Shown here piece by piece: positions 18,403 through 28,280 of a DNA stretch of 51,478 nt. The first letter of the stretch is position 1. Every line of letters starts with the position of its first letter. The stretch comes from Clostridia bacterium (lineage in GTDB: Bacteria; Bacillota; Clostridia; Oscillospirales; CAG-272). Location: NCBI GenBank assembly GCA_017623255.1, contig JAGAPL010000032.1, positions 1 to 51,478 of the forward strand, given 5' to 3'. The notes under the pieces are model-generated. The model did no database searches. It was not told the origin of the DNA and saw nothing but the letters and a program-made list of their open reading frames with translations. Both the position numbers and the translations under genes were made by a program.

Positions 18403-19377
18403 TTATTCAGCTGTTTCGATTGCTACATAGCCTTCAATGGGAGTGACGCCGAGGGCTGTGCAGATGTCTTCGTTGTATTTCTTTGTAACGTCAGTATATT
18501 CGATCTTCATATCAGCGATATCAGCTTCGCCCTTCAGGATCTTAGCTGCCATTTCACCCGTTGTCTTGCCAAGGTCGTAGTAGCTGATGGAAAGTGTTGC
18601 AACGCCGCAGCCTTTGCAGATACCTTCTTCGCCTGCGATAACGGGCTTGTTCATAGGACGGCAGATGTTGTCGATGATACCTGTGTTGTCAGCAACAGCG
18701 TTGTCTGTGGGAACGTAGATAACATCGTTTTCGTTTGCAGCAGTTGTGCAAACTGCGGAGATATCGTTGGAGTCAGCGAAGGAGTAGAGAGTTGCTTCGA
18801 TATCCTTTGCTTCCAGATACTTCTTAACTTCGTCAACCTGATACTGGCTGTTTGCTTCGGCGGAGCAGTAAAGCAGAGCAACCTTCTTTGCATTGGGGAA
18901 CCACTCTGTGATCATATCAGCCTGCTTGTCAAGGGGAGCAAGGTCACTTGTGCCGGAGATGTTGCCGCCAACTGTGCCGCTGAAATCGTCGATTTCAAGA
19001 GCAACACCATACTCTGTAACGGATGTGCCGAGGATCGGAATTTCGTTTGTTGCGGCTGCTGCAGCCTGAAGCGCGGGAGTTGCGTTTGCGAGGATAAGAT
19101 CTACACCGTCAGAAACAAACTGGTTGCAGATGGTGGAGCATGTATTGGAGTCGCCCTGAGCGCTCTGATAGTCAAATTCAACGTTTTCTTCGCCGAGAGC
19201 AGCAACGAGAGCGTCCTTGAAGCCCTGAGTTGCAGCGTCAAGCGCAACGTGCTCGGTCAGCTGGCAGATACCAACTACGTATTTTCCGTCATCAGCGTCG
19301 GGAGCATCACAACCAACGAGCATTGTGAGCATCATAACTGAGGCGAGAACCAAAGCTAAAAGTTTGAGAGTTTTCAT
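18403..19377 (-). CDS. ABC transporter substrate-binding lipoprotein, paralog 2 (apparently monocistronic)
   Basis: 324 aa. Lipobox LVGC. Blocks shared with paralog 1: GICQL.EH, DLILANAT, TSVTEYGVAL, YCSAEANSQYQVD, NDVIYVPTDN. Confidence 0.85.
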   Translation of the reverse strand: MKTLKLLALVLASVMMLTMLVGCDAPDADDGKYVVGICQLTEHVALDAATQGFKDALVAALGEENVEFDYQSAQGDSNTCSTICNQFVSDGVDLILANATPALQAAAAATNEIPILGTSVTEYGVALEIDDFSGTVGGNISGTSDLAPLDKQADMITEWFPNAKKVALLYCSAEANSQYQVDEVKKYLEAKDIEATLYSFADSNDISAVCTTAANENDVIYVPTDNAVADNTGIIDNICRPMNKPVIAGEEGICKGCGVATLSISYYDLGKTTGEMAAKILKGEADIADMKIEYTDVTKKYNEDICTALGVTPIEGYVAIETAE

Positions 19378-19712
19378 GAGAATTTCCTTTCTTTCCCTCG
19401 TGGGACCTGAACTTTTGGCCTATGGGGAAACGGACACTTGTCCGCAAAATTTACTTTAACACTTTTTCGCGCTAAATTGCAAAAAAGATGTCTTTACAAT
19501 AGCACAAACCTTGGTTATTGTCAATAGTAAAAGCAATTTTTTATTATTTTTTTTGCGCATTTTGCAACAATGAGATGGGATATATTGTAAAACTTTAAGC
19601 GTTGTGAAAGAAAAATAGCTATTTAAACCATAAAAAAGGGAAGAAATGCTGATTTTTAGTGAAAAAAACACAAAAAATTCAATTTATTGAAAAATTTATA
19701 TGACCAAATGTA

Positions 19713-19741
19713 TTGAATTGTGAACTTTGTGATGTTATAAT
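19713..19741 (+). promoter_or_regulatory. Sigma-A-type promoter for glgB
   Basis: TTGAAT (19713-19718), 17-nt spacer, TATAAT (19736-19741), about 40 nt upstream of the glgB ATG. Confidence 0.55.
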
Positions 19742-19780
19742 TATTAAAAGAATGTTAATTAGTCAAAATGGGAGAATTGT

Positions 19781-21670
19781 ATGAAGGCACCTAATATGAA
19801 TAATGCTTCGTATCTTTTTCACGAAGGTACGAACTATAAGGCTTATGAATATTTCGGTGCTCATCGTCAAGGCAAGGATTATGTTTTCCGCGTTTGGGCC
19901 CCCAATGCTGAGGAGGCTTACGTAACAGGTCTTTTCAACGGCTGGTCTGAAAACGATCCTATGATAAGAGTTGATAATAAAGGAATATGGGAGGCGCGCA
20001 TTTCCGGTGAGTATTTCGGAAACGGCTTTGCATATGAGTTTAAGTTCAGATCTGCAGCGGGCGAAACCTACAAATGCGATCCCTATGCTTTTTATAGCGA
20101 ATCTTATCCTAAGTTCAGCTCAAGATTTTTCGACCTTTCCGGTTATAAGTGGAAGGATGGCGGCTGGCTTGAATTGAGAGCGAATAAGTACACCCGTGAA
20201 AGAGTTATGAAGAACCCCATGAATATCTATGAGGTTCATCCTGAATCATGGAAAAAGCGCCATAACGGAACCTTTCTTTCCTATTCTGAGCTTGCGGAGG
20301 AGCTGGCTCCCTATGCAGTTCAGATGGGGTATACGCACATAGCTCTGATGCCTGTTTGCGAATATTATTCAGGCGGAGCTATCATTTCAGATACAACGGG
20401 ATATTTTTCCCCAACCTCCCGCTTTGGCGATCCTAAGGATTTTATGGGATTCGTGGACACGATGCATAATGCCGGCATCGGAGTTATTCTTGAATGGAAC
20501 TGTTCCTTCTTTCCTGAGGAGAGCCACGGAATTTCGCTTTTTGACGGCGGAAACGTATACGAATATAATATAAATGAAGAAAATTCGGGAGAAACAACAG
20601 TTTGCTTCGATATCTGCAAGCCTGAGGTTCAGAGCTTTCTTATATCAAACGCGGTGTATTGGGCAGACGTTTATCATATAGACGGAATAAAGTTTGATGA
20701 TATCTCCTCAATGCTTTCTCTTGACTATAACGAAGAGGATTGTCGCTTCAGCTATGATATCTATGGGGACCGCGCGCCCTATGAAGCCGCAAACTTTTTC
20801 AGAAAGCTCAATCGCACAATGCTTGAGCATTATCCCGATGTGCTGATGATAGCAGAGGATTCGGGCAGCAGAGTTGACGTAACCGATTTTCGCGCAAACG
20901 GTCTCGGCTTTTCGCTTAAATGGAATAAGGAATGGGCCGATAGCGTAATAAGCTATGCAAGCCTTCCCTCCGAAGAGCGTTCAAAGGCGCATAATAAAAT
21001 AGTTGATCCTGTAAAATCATCGTATTCTCAGCGACATATTCTTCCTCTTTCTCATATGAGGGTTTCCTTTGGAAATCATTCTCTTGTAACGAAGCTGAAC
21101 GGAACGTATGACGAAAAGTTCGCGCAAATGAGAGTTTTTATGACATATTTTATGACTCAGCCCGGCAAAAAACTTTCGTTTATGGGCAATGAAATATCTC
21201 AGTTTGATGAGTGGGATCCTCACGCAAGCATACAGTGGTTCCTGCTTGATTATGAAAAGCACGCAAGATATCAGCTTTTCTGCGCGGAGCTAAACAACCT
21301 TTATCTTAAAACACCTGCCCTGTGGGAAAATGACGGTGGCTGGGACGGATTCAGATGGATAGATTCTCAGGACGGTCAGAGAAAAACGGTTTCCTACGGA
21401 AGAATCGATGCCTCCGGCAAAGAGATCATTGCCGTGTTCAATTTTTCATCCGAGGATATATCCGAGTATTACGTAGGAGTTCCCGCGTCGGGCATATATG
21501 AAGAAATATTTGCAAGCGACGATTGGCACTATGGCGGAACCAATAAGCTTAACGGCAGGGTTCGCAGCGTTGAAAAGTGGCAAAACGGTTTTGAGCAGTC
21601 GCTGAAAATAAATCTCCCTGCATACAGCGCGTGCGTCTTTAAACGCGTGAAGAAAATATCCGCAAAATAA
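19781..21670 (+). CDS. glgB: 1,4-alpha-glucan branching enzyme
   Basis: 629 aa. GH13 regions HIDGIKFDDISSM and MIAEDSG. First gene of a glycogen cluster. Confidence 0.93.
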   Translation: MKAPNMNNASYLFHEGTNYKAYEYFGAHRQGKDYVFRVWAPNAEEAYVTGLFNGWSENDPMIRVDNKGIWEARISGEYFGNGFAYEFKFRSAAGETYKCDPYAFYSESYPKFSSRFFDLSGYKWKDGGWLELRANKYTRERVMKNPMNIYEVHPESWKKRHNGTFLSYSELAEELAPYAVQMGYTHIALMPVCEYYSGGAIISDTTGYFSPTSRFGDPKDFMGFVDTMHNAGIGVILEWNCSFFPEESHGISLFDGGNVYEYNINEENSGETTVCFDICKPEVQSFLISNAVYWADVYHIDGIKFDDISSMLSLDYNEEDCRFSYDIYGDRAPYEAANFFRKLNRTMLEHYPDVLMIAEDSGSRVDVTDFRANGLGFSLKWNKEWADSVISYASLPSEERSKAHNKIVDPVKSSYSQRHILPLSHMRVSFGNHSLVTKLNGTYDEKFAQMRVFMTYFMTQPGKKLSFMGNEISQFDEWDPHASIQWFLLDYEKHARYQLFCAELNNLYLKTPALWENDGGWDGFRWIDSQDGQRKTVSYGRIDASGKEIIAVFNFSSEDISEYYVGVPASGIYEEIFASDDWHYGGTNKLNGRVRSVEKWQNGFEQSLKINLPAYSACVFKRVKKISAK

Positions 21671-21758
21671 TTTGCGCTACATAAAGCGTGGGAGTGCTAA
21701 AAAAGTTATAAATATAATATTATTTATATTAATGTAATCTATAAGGAGGATTTTCAAA

Positions 21759-22958
21759 GTGTTCAAAAAGAAAGAGTGCGTGGCTATGCTGCTTGCAGGA
21801 GGGCAGGGAAGCCGTCTTTACGCACTTACACAGAAAGTTGCAAAGCCTGCGGTTCCCTTCGGCGGAAAATACCGCATTATAGACTTTCCCCTTTCTAACT
21901 GTACCAACTCCGGCATCGACACCGTAGGTGTTCTCACTCAGTATCAGCCTATGCTTCTTAACGAGTATATCGGCAACGGTCTTCCTTGGGACCTGGACAG
22001 AACATACGGCGGTGTAAAGATCCTGCCTCCCTACCAGGGCACACATTCTGCAGACTGGTATAAGGGCACAGCGAATGCTATCTATCAGAATATGCAGTTC
22101 ATCGATCGCTATGACGCTGAGTATGTTCTGATCCTCTCCGGCGACCACATCTATAAGATGGACTACGCTAAGATGCTTAAATTCCACAAGGCGAACAACG
22201 CTGACTGTACAATCGCAGTTCTCGATGTTCCGATCGAGGAAGCAAGCCGCTTCGGTATCCTTTCCGTAGATGATGAGCAGAAGATCTTCAAATTCTCCGA
22301 AAAGCCCAAGAATCCCGATTCCACAAAGGCTTCCATGGGTATCTACATTTTTACAAAGAGCAAGCTGGCTGAGTATCTCAATGCCGATGCTGCTGATCCT
22401 GAATCCTCCAACGACTTCGGTAAGAACATTATCCCCAATATGCTTAAGGCAGGCGAGAGAATGTATGCTTACGAATTCGAAGGCTACTGGAAAGACGTTG
22501 GAACAATCTCCAGCCTCTGGGAAGCAAATATGGATCTCCTTGGCGAGAACCCCATTTTCTCCCTTGCTGACGAAAAGTGGAGAATCTATACACGTCACCA
22601 GGTTCTTCCTCCTCAGTATGTCGGCTGTGACGGTAAGATCGAAAACTCCATCATTTCCGAAGGCTGTGAGATCTATGGCACAGTTAAGAATTCCGTTCTG
22701 TTCCCCGGCGTAAAGGTTATGCCCGGCGCAGTTGTTCGCGACAGCGTTGTTATGAGCGGAACAGTTATCGGCGAGGGCACAGAGCTTAGCTACGCTCTCA
22801 TCGACACTGATGTAACAATCGGTGCTAAGTGCCGCGTTGGCGGTGAAGTTGGCAACTCTGAAGATATCACGGTTCTTGGTGAAGGCACAGTGATTGCCGA
22901 CGGTGAAAAAATTGATGCCGGTGTAATGATTCCCGAGCTCAGAAAGGATAAGAAGTGA
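21759..22958 (+). CDS. glgC: Glucose-1-phosphate adenylyltransferase, catalytic subunit
   Basis: 399 aa. GTG start with AGGAGGA RBS. Motifs [10 protein letters not shown] and FSEKPK. Confidence 0.95.
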   Translation: MFKKKECVAMLLAGGQGSRLYALTQKVAKPAVPFGGKYRIIDFPLSNCTNSGIDTVGVLTQYQPMLLNEYIGNGLPWDLDRTYGGVKILPPYQGTHSADWYKGTANAIYQNMQFIDRYDAEYVLILSGDHIYKMDYAKMLKFHKANNADCTIAVLDVPIEEASRFGILSVDDEQKIFKFSEKPKNPDSTKASMGIYIFTKSKLAEYLNADAADPESSNDFGKNIIPNMLKAGERMYAYEFEGYWKDVGTISSLWEANMDLLGENPIFSLADEKWRIYTRHQVLPPQYVGCDGKIENSIISEGCEIYGTVKNSVLFPGVKVMPGAVVRDSVVMSGTVIGEGTELSYALIDTDVTIGAKCRVGGEVGNSEDITVLGEGTVIADGEKIDAGVMIPELRKDKK

Positions 22959-22960
22959 TT

Positions 22961-24094
22961 ATGACTGCTGCAGGACTTATTTTCTCTAATATTCATGATA
23001 TAAGCATCCCCGAAATGACAGCTGAACGCACAATGGCGTCCATTCCTTTCGGCGGAAGATACAGATTAGTTGACTTTACTTTGTCAAATATGGTAAATTC
23101 GGGTATTGACAAAGTTGGAATTATCACGCATAATAATTATCGTTCCCTTATGGACCATATCGGAAACGGTAAGGACTGGGACCTTGCAAGAAGAAGCGGC
23201 GGTATCAGAATCCTCCCTCCCTATGTAAGTTCCTCTGACAGCCCCATCGGCGGCAAGCTCTATACAAACAGACTTGAAGCAATGCTTGGCGCTATCGACT
23301 TTATCAACCACTGCGATGAAGAAGTTGTAGTTCTCTCCGACTGTGACGATATCTGCAACATCGACCTTAACGCAGTTCTTGATTATCACGAAGCAAAGGG
23401 CGCTGACGTTACATTCGTAACAAAGAAGATGAACCTTGAAGGCGGCAAAGCAGGTCAGTATGCAATCATCAATGCTGATGCTGAAGGCAACGTAACAGAG
23501 ATCGTTGACAGCTCTCCCATGACAAAGGGCGAGTTCAACGTTTGCACAAATATCGTTGTTATCAACACAGGCTTCCTTGTAAGCACTCTTCATACATCAG
23601 TTTCCTATGGCTATAAGGACTTCTATACACAGGCTCTCGCAGCTGCAATGGCTTCCTCAAAGTTTGTGGCTTACGATTTCGACGGCTACTATGCAGAGAT
23701 CGGCAGCCTTCCCAAGTATTTTGCAGCTAATATGGAGATCCTCCGTGCAGACGTTCGTAACGAGCTCTTCAACACAAAGGATCGTCCCGTATATACAAAG
23801 GTTCGTAACACAGCTCCTACAAAGTATGCTGAAGGCGCAGTTGTTAAGAACTCCGTTATCGCTGACGGTTGTGTTATTGAAGGAACAGTTATCAACTCCG
23901 TTCTCTTCCGCGGCGTAAGAGTTCGCAAGGGCACAGTTGTAAAGAACTCCGTTATGATGCAGGACTCCTGCACAGGAGAAAACGTTCAGCTTAACTGTGT
24001 TATCACAGATAAGAACGTAACAATCAGAGATGACGTGAACCTTTCCGGTCACGAAACTCAGCCTTTTTATGTTGCAAAAGGCAAAATGATCTGA
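22961..24094 (+). CDS. glgD: Glucose-1-phosphate adenylyltransferase, GlgD regulatory subunit
   Basis: Sequence MTAAGLIFSNIHD...PFGGRYRLVDFTLSNMVNSGI. It lacks the GGxGxRL motif, as GlgD does. ATG 22961 is preferred over GTG 22955. Confidence 0.9.
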   Translation: MTAAGLIFSNIHDISIPEMTAERTMASIPFGGRYRLVDFTLSNMVNSGIDKVGIITHNNYRSLMDHIGNGKDWDLARRSGGIRILPPYVSSSDSPIGGKLYTNRLEAMLGAIDFINHCDEEVVVLSDCDDICNIDLNAVLDYHEAKGADVTFVTKKMNLEGGKAGQYAIINADAEGNVTEIVDSSPMTKGEFNVCTNIVVINTGFLVSTLHTSVSYGYKDFYTQALAAAMASSKFVAYDFDGYYAEIGSLPKYFAANMEILRADVRNELFNTKDRPVYTKVRNTAPTKYAEGAVVKNSVIADGCVIEGTVINSVLFRGVRVRKGTVVKNSVMMQDSCTGENVQLNCVITDKNVTIRDDVNLSGHETQPFYVAKGKMI

Positions 24095-24123
24095 TATAAT
24101 AAATAGATCAGTCATAAATTCTA

Positions 24124-24167
24124 ACAAAGGGGCGTGCTCCTTGTGCGCCCCTTTGTGATTTTATTTT
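24124..24167 (+). terminator. Intrinsic terminator between glgD and glgA
   Basis: ACAAAGGGGCG-(11 nt)-CGCCCCTTTGT followed by GATTTTATTTTT. Confidence 0.7.
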
Positions 24168-24233
24168 TACCGATTTTTTGCTCGGTTTCAGTTATAAAAC
24201 TCGTCTTTGTTAATATATAAATGGCAGGTAACG

Positions 24234-25667
24234 ATGAAGAAAATTCTTTATGTTGGCTCTGAATGTACCCCATTCGCTTCAAGCGGCGGTTTGGGAGACG
24301 TTATGGGCAGCCTTCCCAAAGCTGTTAAGGAATATATGGGCGCAAATGCTGATATTAGAGTTGCGCTGCCTCTTTACGGCTGTGTTGGCGAAAATTGGCG
24401 AAATCTGATGAAAACTGAAAAAATATTCACCGTGCAGCTTGGTTGGCGCAATCAGTATTGCGGAATTCTGAGCCTCAGCCTGAACGGTGTGATTTTCTAT
24501 TTTATTGATAACGAGTTTTATTTCAAGCGTGACGGGCTTTACGGACATTATGACGACGGAGAGCGCTTTGCGTTCTTTTCTCGCGCTGTTGCGCAGATGA
24601 TGTCTGAAATGGACTATTATCCCGATGTTCTTCACGCAAACGATTGGCAGAGCGCTCTCAGCGTTTTGTATGTTCAGCAGATGGGCGAAGAAAATGAAAA
24701 ATATAAGAATGTATCTACCGTGTTCACCATTCATAATATTGAATATCAGGGTAAATTCGGTATGCAGAATCTTAACGACCTTTTCTCTCTCCCCTGGAAA
24801 TACGCAGAGCTTGCTGAGTTTGACGGCGCGCTTAACGTTATGAAGGCTGCAATAGAATGTGCACATAAAATAACAACAGTAAGCCCCCGCTATGCCGAAG
24901 AGATCAAAACCGAGGAATACGGCTGCGGACTTCAGTCCATCCTTGTGAAAAACGCGCATAAGCTTAGCGGTATTATCAACGGCATCGATGAGGAGCTTTA
25001 TGATCCCCACACCGATGAAAATATTGCGAAAAATTATATGTGGCGCAGTATAAGCGGCAAGAAAATTGACAAAACTGCCTTGCAGAAGGAACTTTCTCTT
25101 CCCGAGAAGGACGTTCCCATGTTTGCAATGATAACACGCCTTGCAAATCATAAGGGTATCGACCTTGTTCACGCAGTTTCTCATATGCTGCTTTCAAACG
25201 ACGTTCAGCTTGTTGTTATCGGAACGGGCGAATATGAACACGAAAGCTTTTTCAGATGGCTTGAAGAGGCATATCCTGAAAAGATGAGAGCTCTTATCAC
25301 CTTTGACAGAAGCCTCTCCCGCAGAGTTTATGCCGCATCCGACTTTTTCCTGATGCCTTCAAAGAGCGAGCCCTGCGGCCTTGCGCAGATGATCGCATCC
25401 CGCTATGGTTCCGTTCCCATCACCAGACAGACAGGCGGCCTTTATGATACCATAAAGGACTACCGCAACGACAAGGGGATCATCAGCGGAAACGGACTCA
25501 CCTTTGGCCAGTATTCTGCAAAGGCGCTCTATGAAAAGCTTCTTCTGGCAATATCTCTTTATGATGATCAGCCTGAAATGAGAAAGCTGCAGCAGCGCGT
25601 TATGAAAACAGACTTTTCCTGGAAAAGATCAGCAGAAGCTTATGCAGATCTTTATGAGGAAATGTGA
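24234..25667 (+). CDS. glgA: Glycogen synthase
   Basis: The ORF was trimmed to ATG 24234. The N-terminus is MKKILYVGSECTPFASSGGLGDV. Confidence 0.95.
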   Translation: MKKILYVGSECTPFASSGGLGDVMGSLPKAVKEYMGANADIRVALPLYGCVGENWRNLMKTEKIFTVQLGWRNQYCGILSLSLNGVIFYFIDNEFYFKRDGLYGHYDDGERFAFFSRAVAQMMSEMDYYPDVLHANDWQSALSVLYVQQMGEENEKYKNVSTVFTIHNIEYQGKFGMQNLNDLFSLPWKYAELAEFDGALNVMKAAIECAHKITTVSPRYAEEIKTEEYGCGLQSILVKNAHKLSGIINGIDEELYDPHTDENIAKNYMWRSISGKKIDKTALQKELSLPEKDVPMFAMITRLANHKGIDLVHAVSHMLLSNDVQLVVIGTGEYEHESFFRWLEEAYPEKMRALITFDRSLSRRVYAASDFFLMPSKSEPCGLAQMIASRYGSVPITRQTGGLYDTIKDYRNDKGIISGNGLTFGQYSAKALYEKLLLAISLYDDQPEMRKLQQRVMKTDFSWKRSAEAYADLYEEM

Positions 25668-25756
25668 AAAAATCGCTGAAAATAAAATTTTTAAATTTTG
25701 AATTTAAAATTTTAAATAGAATTATATATTAAATCCCGGAAGGAAAAAACAAACCA

Positions 25757-28180
25757 ATGAATTATACACCTAACACCGCCGAAGTAAAGGCGAATATTGA
25801 ATCCAAACTCTCCAGATATTTCGGATGCACACCTGAAGAAGCATCCAAGGAGCAGATGTATAAGGCAGCTGCCCTCACAGTTCGTGATATTCTCAGCGCA
25901 AAGCGTCAGGAATTTAAGAAAAAGGTTAATGAAGAAGGCGCAAAGCGCGTATACTATATGTGCATGGAATATCTTGTAGGCCGCAGCCTCAAGAATAACC
26001 TCTGCAACCTTGGCCTTGATGACACTTATAAGAAGGCTCTCTCTTCTATGGGCCATCAGATCGACGATCTTTATGAATGCGAACCCGATGCAGGTCTCGG
26101 CAACGGTGGTCTCGGCCGTCTTGCAGCTTGCTTTATTGACTCCCTTTCTTCTCTTGATTATCCCGCAACAGGCTTCTCACTTTGCTACGAATACGGTCTC
26201 TTCAAGCAGAGAATCGTAGATGGCCACCAGGTTGAGCTTCCTGATAACTGGCTCCCCGGCGGCGGTATCTGGCTCACACCCCGTGAGGACAGAGTTTATA
26301 AGGTGCGCTTTGGCGGCCAGGTAAGAGAACTTTGGGACGAAGGCAGACACGTTATTGCATACGATAACTGCGAAACGATCGAAGCAGTTCCCTATGATAT
26401 GATGATGAGCGGCGCAGATTCCCAGGCAGTTTCCCAGCTTCGTCTGTGGAAGGCAAGAGCAGCAGCTCCCGAGCGTCTCGCTATCGGTGACTATACAGGC
26501 GGTTATAACGACAACGTAGCTCAGAAGTCTCTTGCTGCAGATATTATCTGTAAGCTTCTTTATCCCGCTGATAATAACTACGACGGTAAGGTTCTCCGTC
26601 TCACACAGCAGTACTTTATGGTATCAGCATCCTGCCAGAGCATCATTCGTGACCATATGGCAGTATACGGCAATATCGAAACACTTCCCGATAAGGTTGC
26701 AATCCATATCAATGATACACACCCTGCAATGTGCGTTCCCGAACTTATGCGTATCCTTCTTGATGAATACTGCATGGATTGGGATACAGCATGGGATATC
26801 GTATGCCGCACATGCTCATATACAAACCATACAGTTCTTCCCGAAGCACTTGAAAAGTGGGGCGAAGAGATCTTCCGTCTCCGTCTGCCCAGACTTTATA
26901 TGATCATCAAAGAGATCAACGAGCGTTTCTGCCACGAGATCTGGGAAAAGTTCCCCGGCAACTGGGATAGAATTGCTGAAATGGCTGTTGTTGCAAACGG
27001 TCAGGTTCGTATGGCTAACCTGGCAATCATCGGTTCTCACCACGTAAACGGTGTTTCTGAGATCCATTCCGGTATCCTCCGTGATATCACATTCAAGAAT
27101 TTCTACCGCATCTGGCCTGAAAAGTTCGATAACGTAACAAACGGTATCGCTCACCGCAGATGGCTGTGCTATTCCAACCCCTCTCTTTCCAAGCTCATCA
27201 CAGATTGTGTTGGCGACGGATTCAAGAAGGACCCCACAGTGCTTGCAGGCCTCCGCAATTTTGCTGATGACGATGCAGTTCTTGAAAAGCTGGGCAAGAT
27301 AAAGGCTCAGAATAAGGTGAAGTTCGCTAAACTTATGAAGGAAAAGACAGGCGTTGTTCTCAACACAGATTCTCTCTTCGACGTTCAGATCAAGCGTCTT
27401 CACGAGTATAAGCGTCAGCTTATGAATGCTATGAATATCATTCATATGTATCAGATGCTCAAGGAAAACCCCGATCTCGATATCCAGCCCAGAACATTCA
27501 TCTTCGGTGCAAAGGCTGCTCCCGGATATCATATGGCTAAGGAGATCATCAAGCTTATCTGGTGCCTCAGCCAGGAGATCGCAAAAGATAAGAAAATCAG
27601 CGAAAAACTTCGCGTTGTATTCATTGAGAACTACTGCGTAACAATGGCAGAAGCTCTCGTGCCCGCAGCAGAACTTTCCGAGCAGATCTCTCTTGCAGGT
27701 AAGGAAGCAAGCGGCACAGGCTGTATGAAGCTTATGATCAACGGTGCCCTCACAATCGGCACACTTGACGGCGCAAACATTGAAATGATGGAGCAGGCAG
27801 GCACAGAGAATATGTTCACATTTGGTCTCACTGCTGAAGAAGCTCAGTATATCTATGCTATGGATTATAAGAGCTCCAAGTACTATCACGAAAATCAGGT
27901 GCTCCAGAAGGTTGTTAACAGTCTCAGCGCAGGATATAACGGCGAATCCTTCTCTCATATCGCTGAATATCTGCTCCATTCCGATCCCTTTATGTGTATG
28001 GCAGACTTCGAGTCCTACAGAAAGACTCAGCAGGAAGTTGCCCGCGTATATGCAGATCAGAAGGAATGGAATAAGAGATCTCTCTATAATATTGCAGGTG
28101 CAGGCAAGTTTGCCGCTGACAGAAGCATTAAGGAATATGCTGACCGCATCTGGAACATCGAGAGACTTATCAAGGGTTAA
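25757..28180 (+). CDS. glgP: Glycogen/maltodextrin phosphorylase (GT35)
   Basis: 807 aa. PLP-site region EASGTGCMKLMINGALTIGTLDGANIE. Confidence 0.95.
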   Translation: MNYTPNTAEVKANIESKLSRYFGCTPEEASKEQMYKAAALTVRDILSAKRQEFKKKVNEEGAKRVYYMCMEYLVGRSLKNNLCNLGLDDTYKKALSSMGHQIDDLYECEPDAGLGNGGLGRLAACFIDSLSSLDYPATGFSLCYEYGLFKQRIVDGHQVELPDNWLPGGGIWLTPREDRVYKVRFGGQVRELWDEGRHVIAYDNCETIEAVPYDMMMSGADSQAVSQLRLWKARAAAPERLAIGDYTGGYNDNVAQKSLAADIICKLLYPADNNYDGKVLRLTQQYFMVSASCQSIIRDHMAVYGNIETLPDKVAIHINDTHPAMCVPELMRILLDEYCMDWDTAWDIVCRTCSYTNHTVLPEALEKWGEEIFRLRLPRLYMIIKEINERFCHEIWEKFPGNWDRIAEMAVVANGQVRMANLAIIGSHHVNGVSEIHSGILRDITFKNFYRIWPEKFDNVTNGIAHRRWLCYSNPSLSKLITDCVGDGFKKDPTVLAGLRNFADDDAVLEKLGKIKAQNKVKFAKLMKEKTGVVLNTDSLFDVQIKRLHEYKRQLMNAMNIIHMYQMLKENPDLDIQPRTFIFGAKAAPGYHMAKEIIKLIWCLSQEIAKDKKISEKLRVVFIENYCVTMAEALVPAAELSEQISLAGKEASGTGCMKLMINGALTIGTLDGANIEMMEQAGTENMFTFGLTAEEAQYIYAMDYKSSKYYHENQVLQKVVNSLSAGYNGESFSHIAEYLLHSDPFMCMADFESYRKTQQEVARVYADQKEWNKRSLYNIAGAGKFAADRSIKEYADRIWNIERLIKG

Positions 28181-28207
28181 TTAATAATAATTAATCTGCA
28201 ATAACGA

Positions 28208-28252
28208 CAGGTCATGGGGGTAATTTTGCCGCATGACCTGCCTTTTGGGTTT
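28208..28252 (+). terminator. Intrinsic terminator after glgP
   Basis: CAGGTCATG-(15 nt)-CATGACCTG followed by CCTTTTGGGTTT. Confidence 0.6.
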
Positions 28253-28280
28253 ATAACTTAAATTAAGGATATAGATAGTT

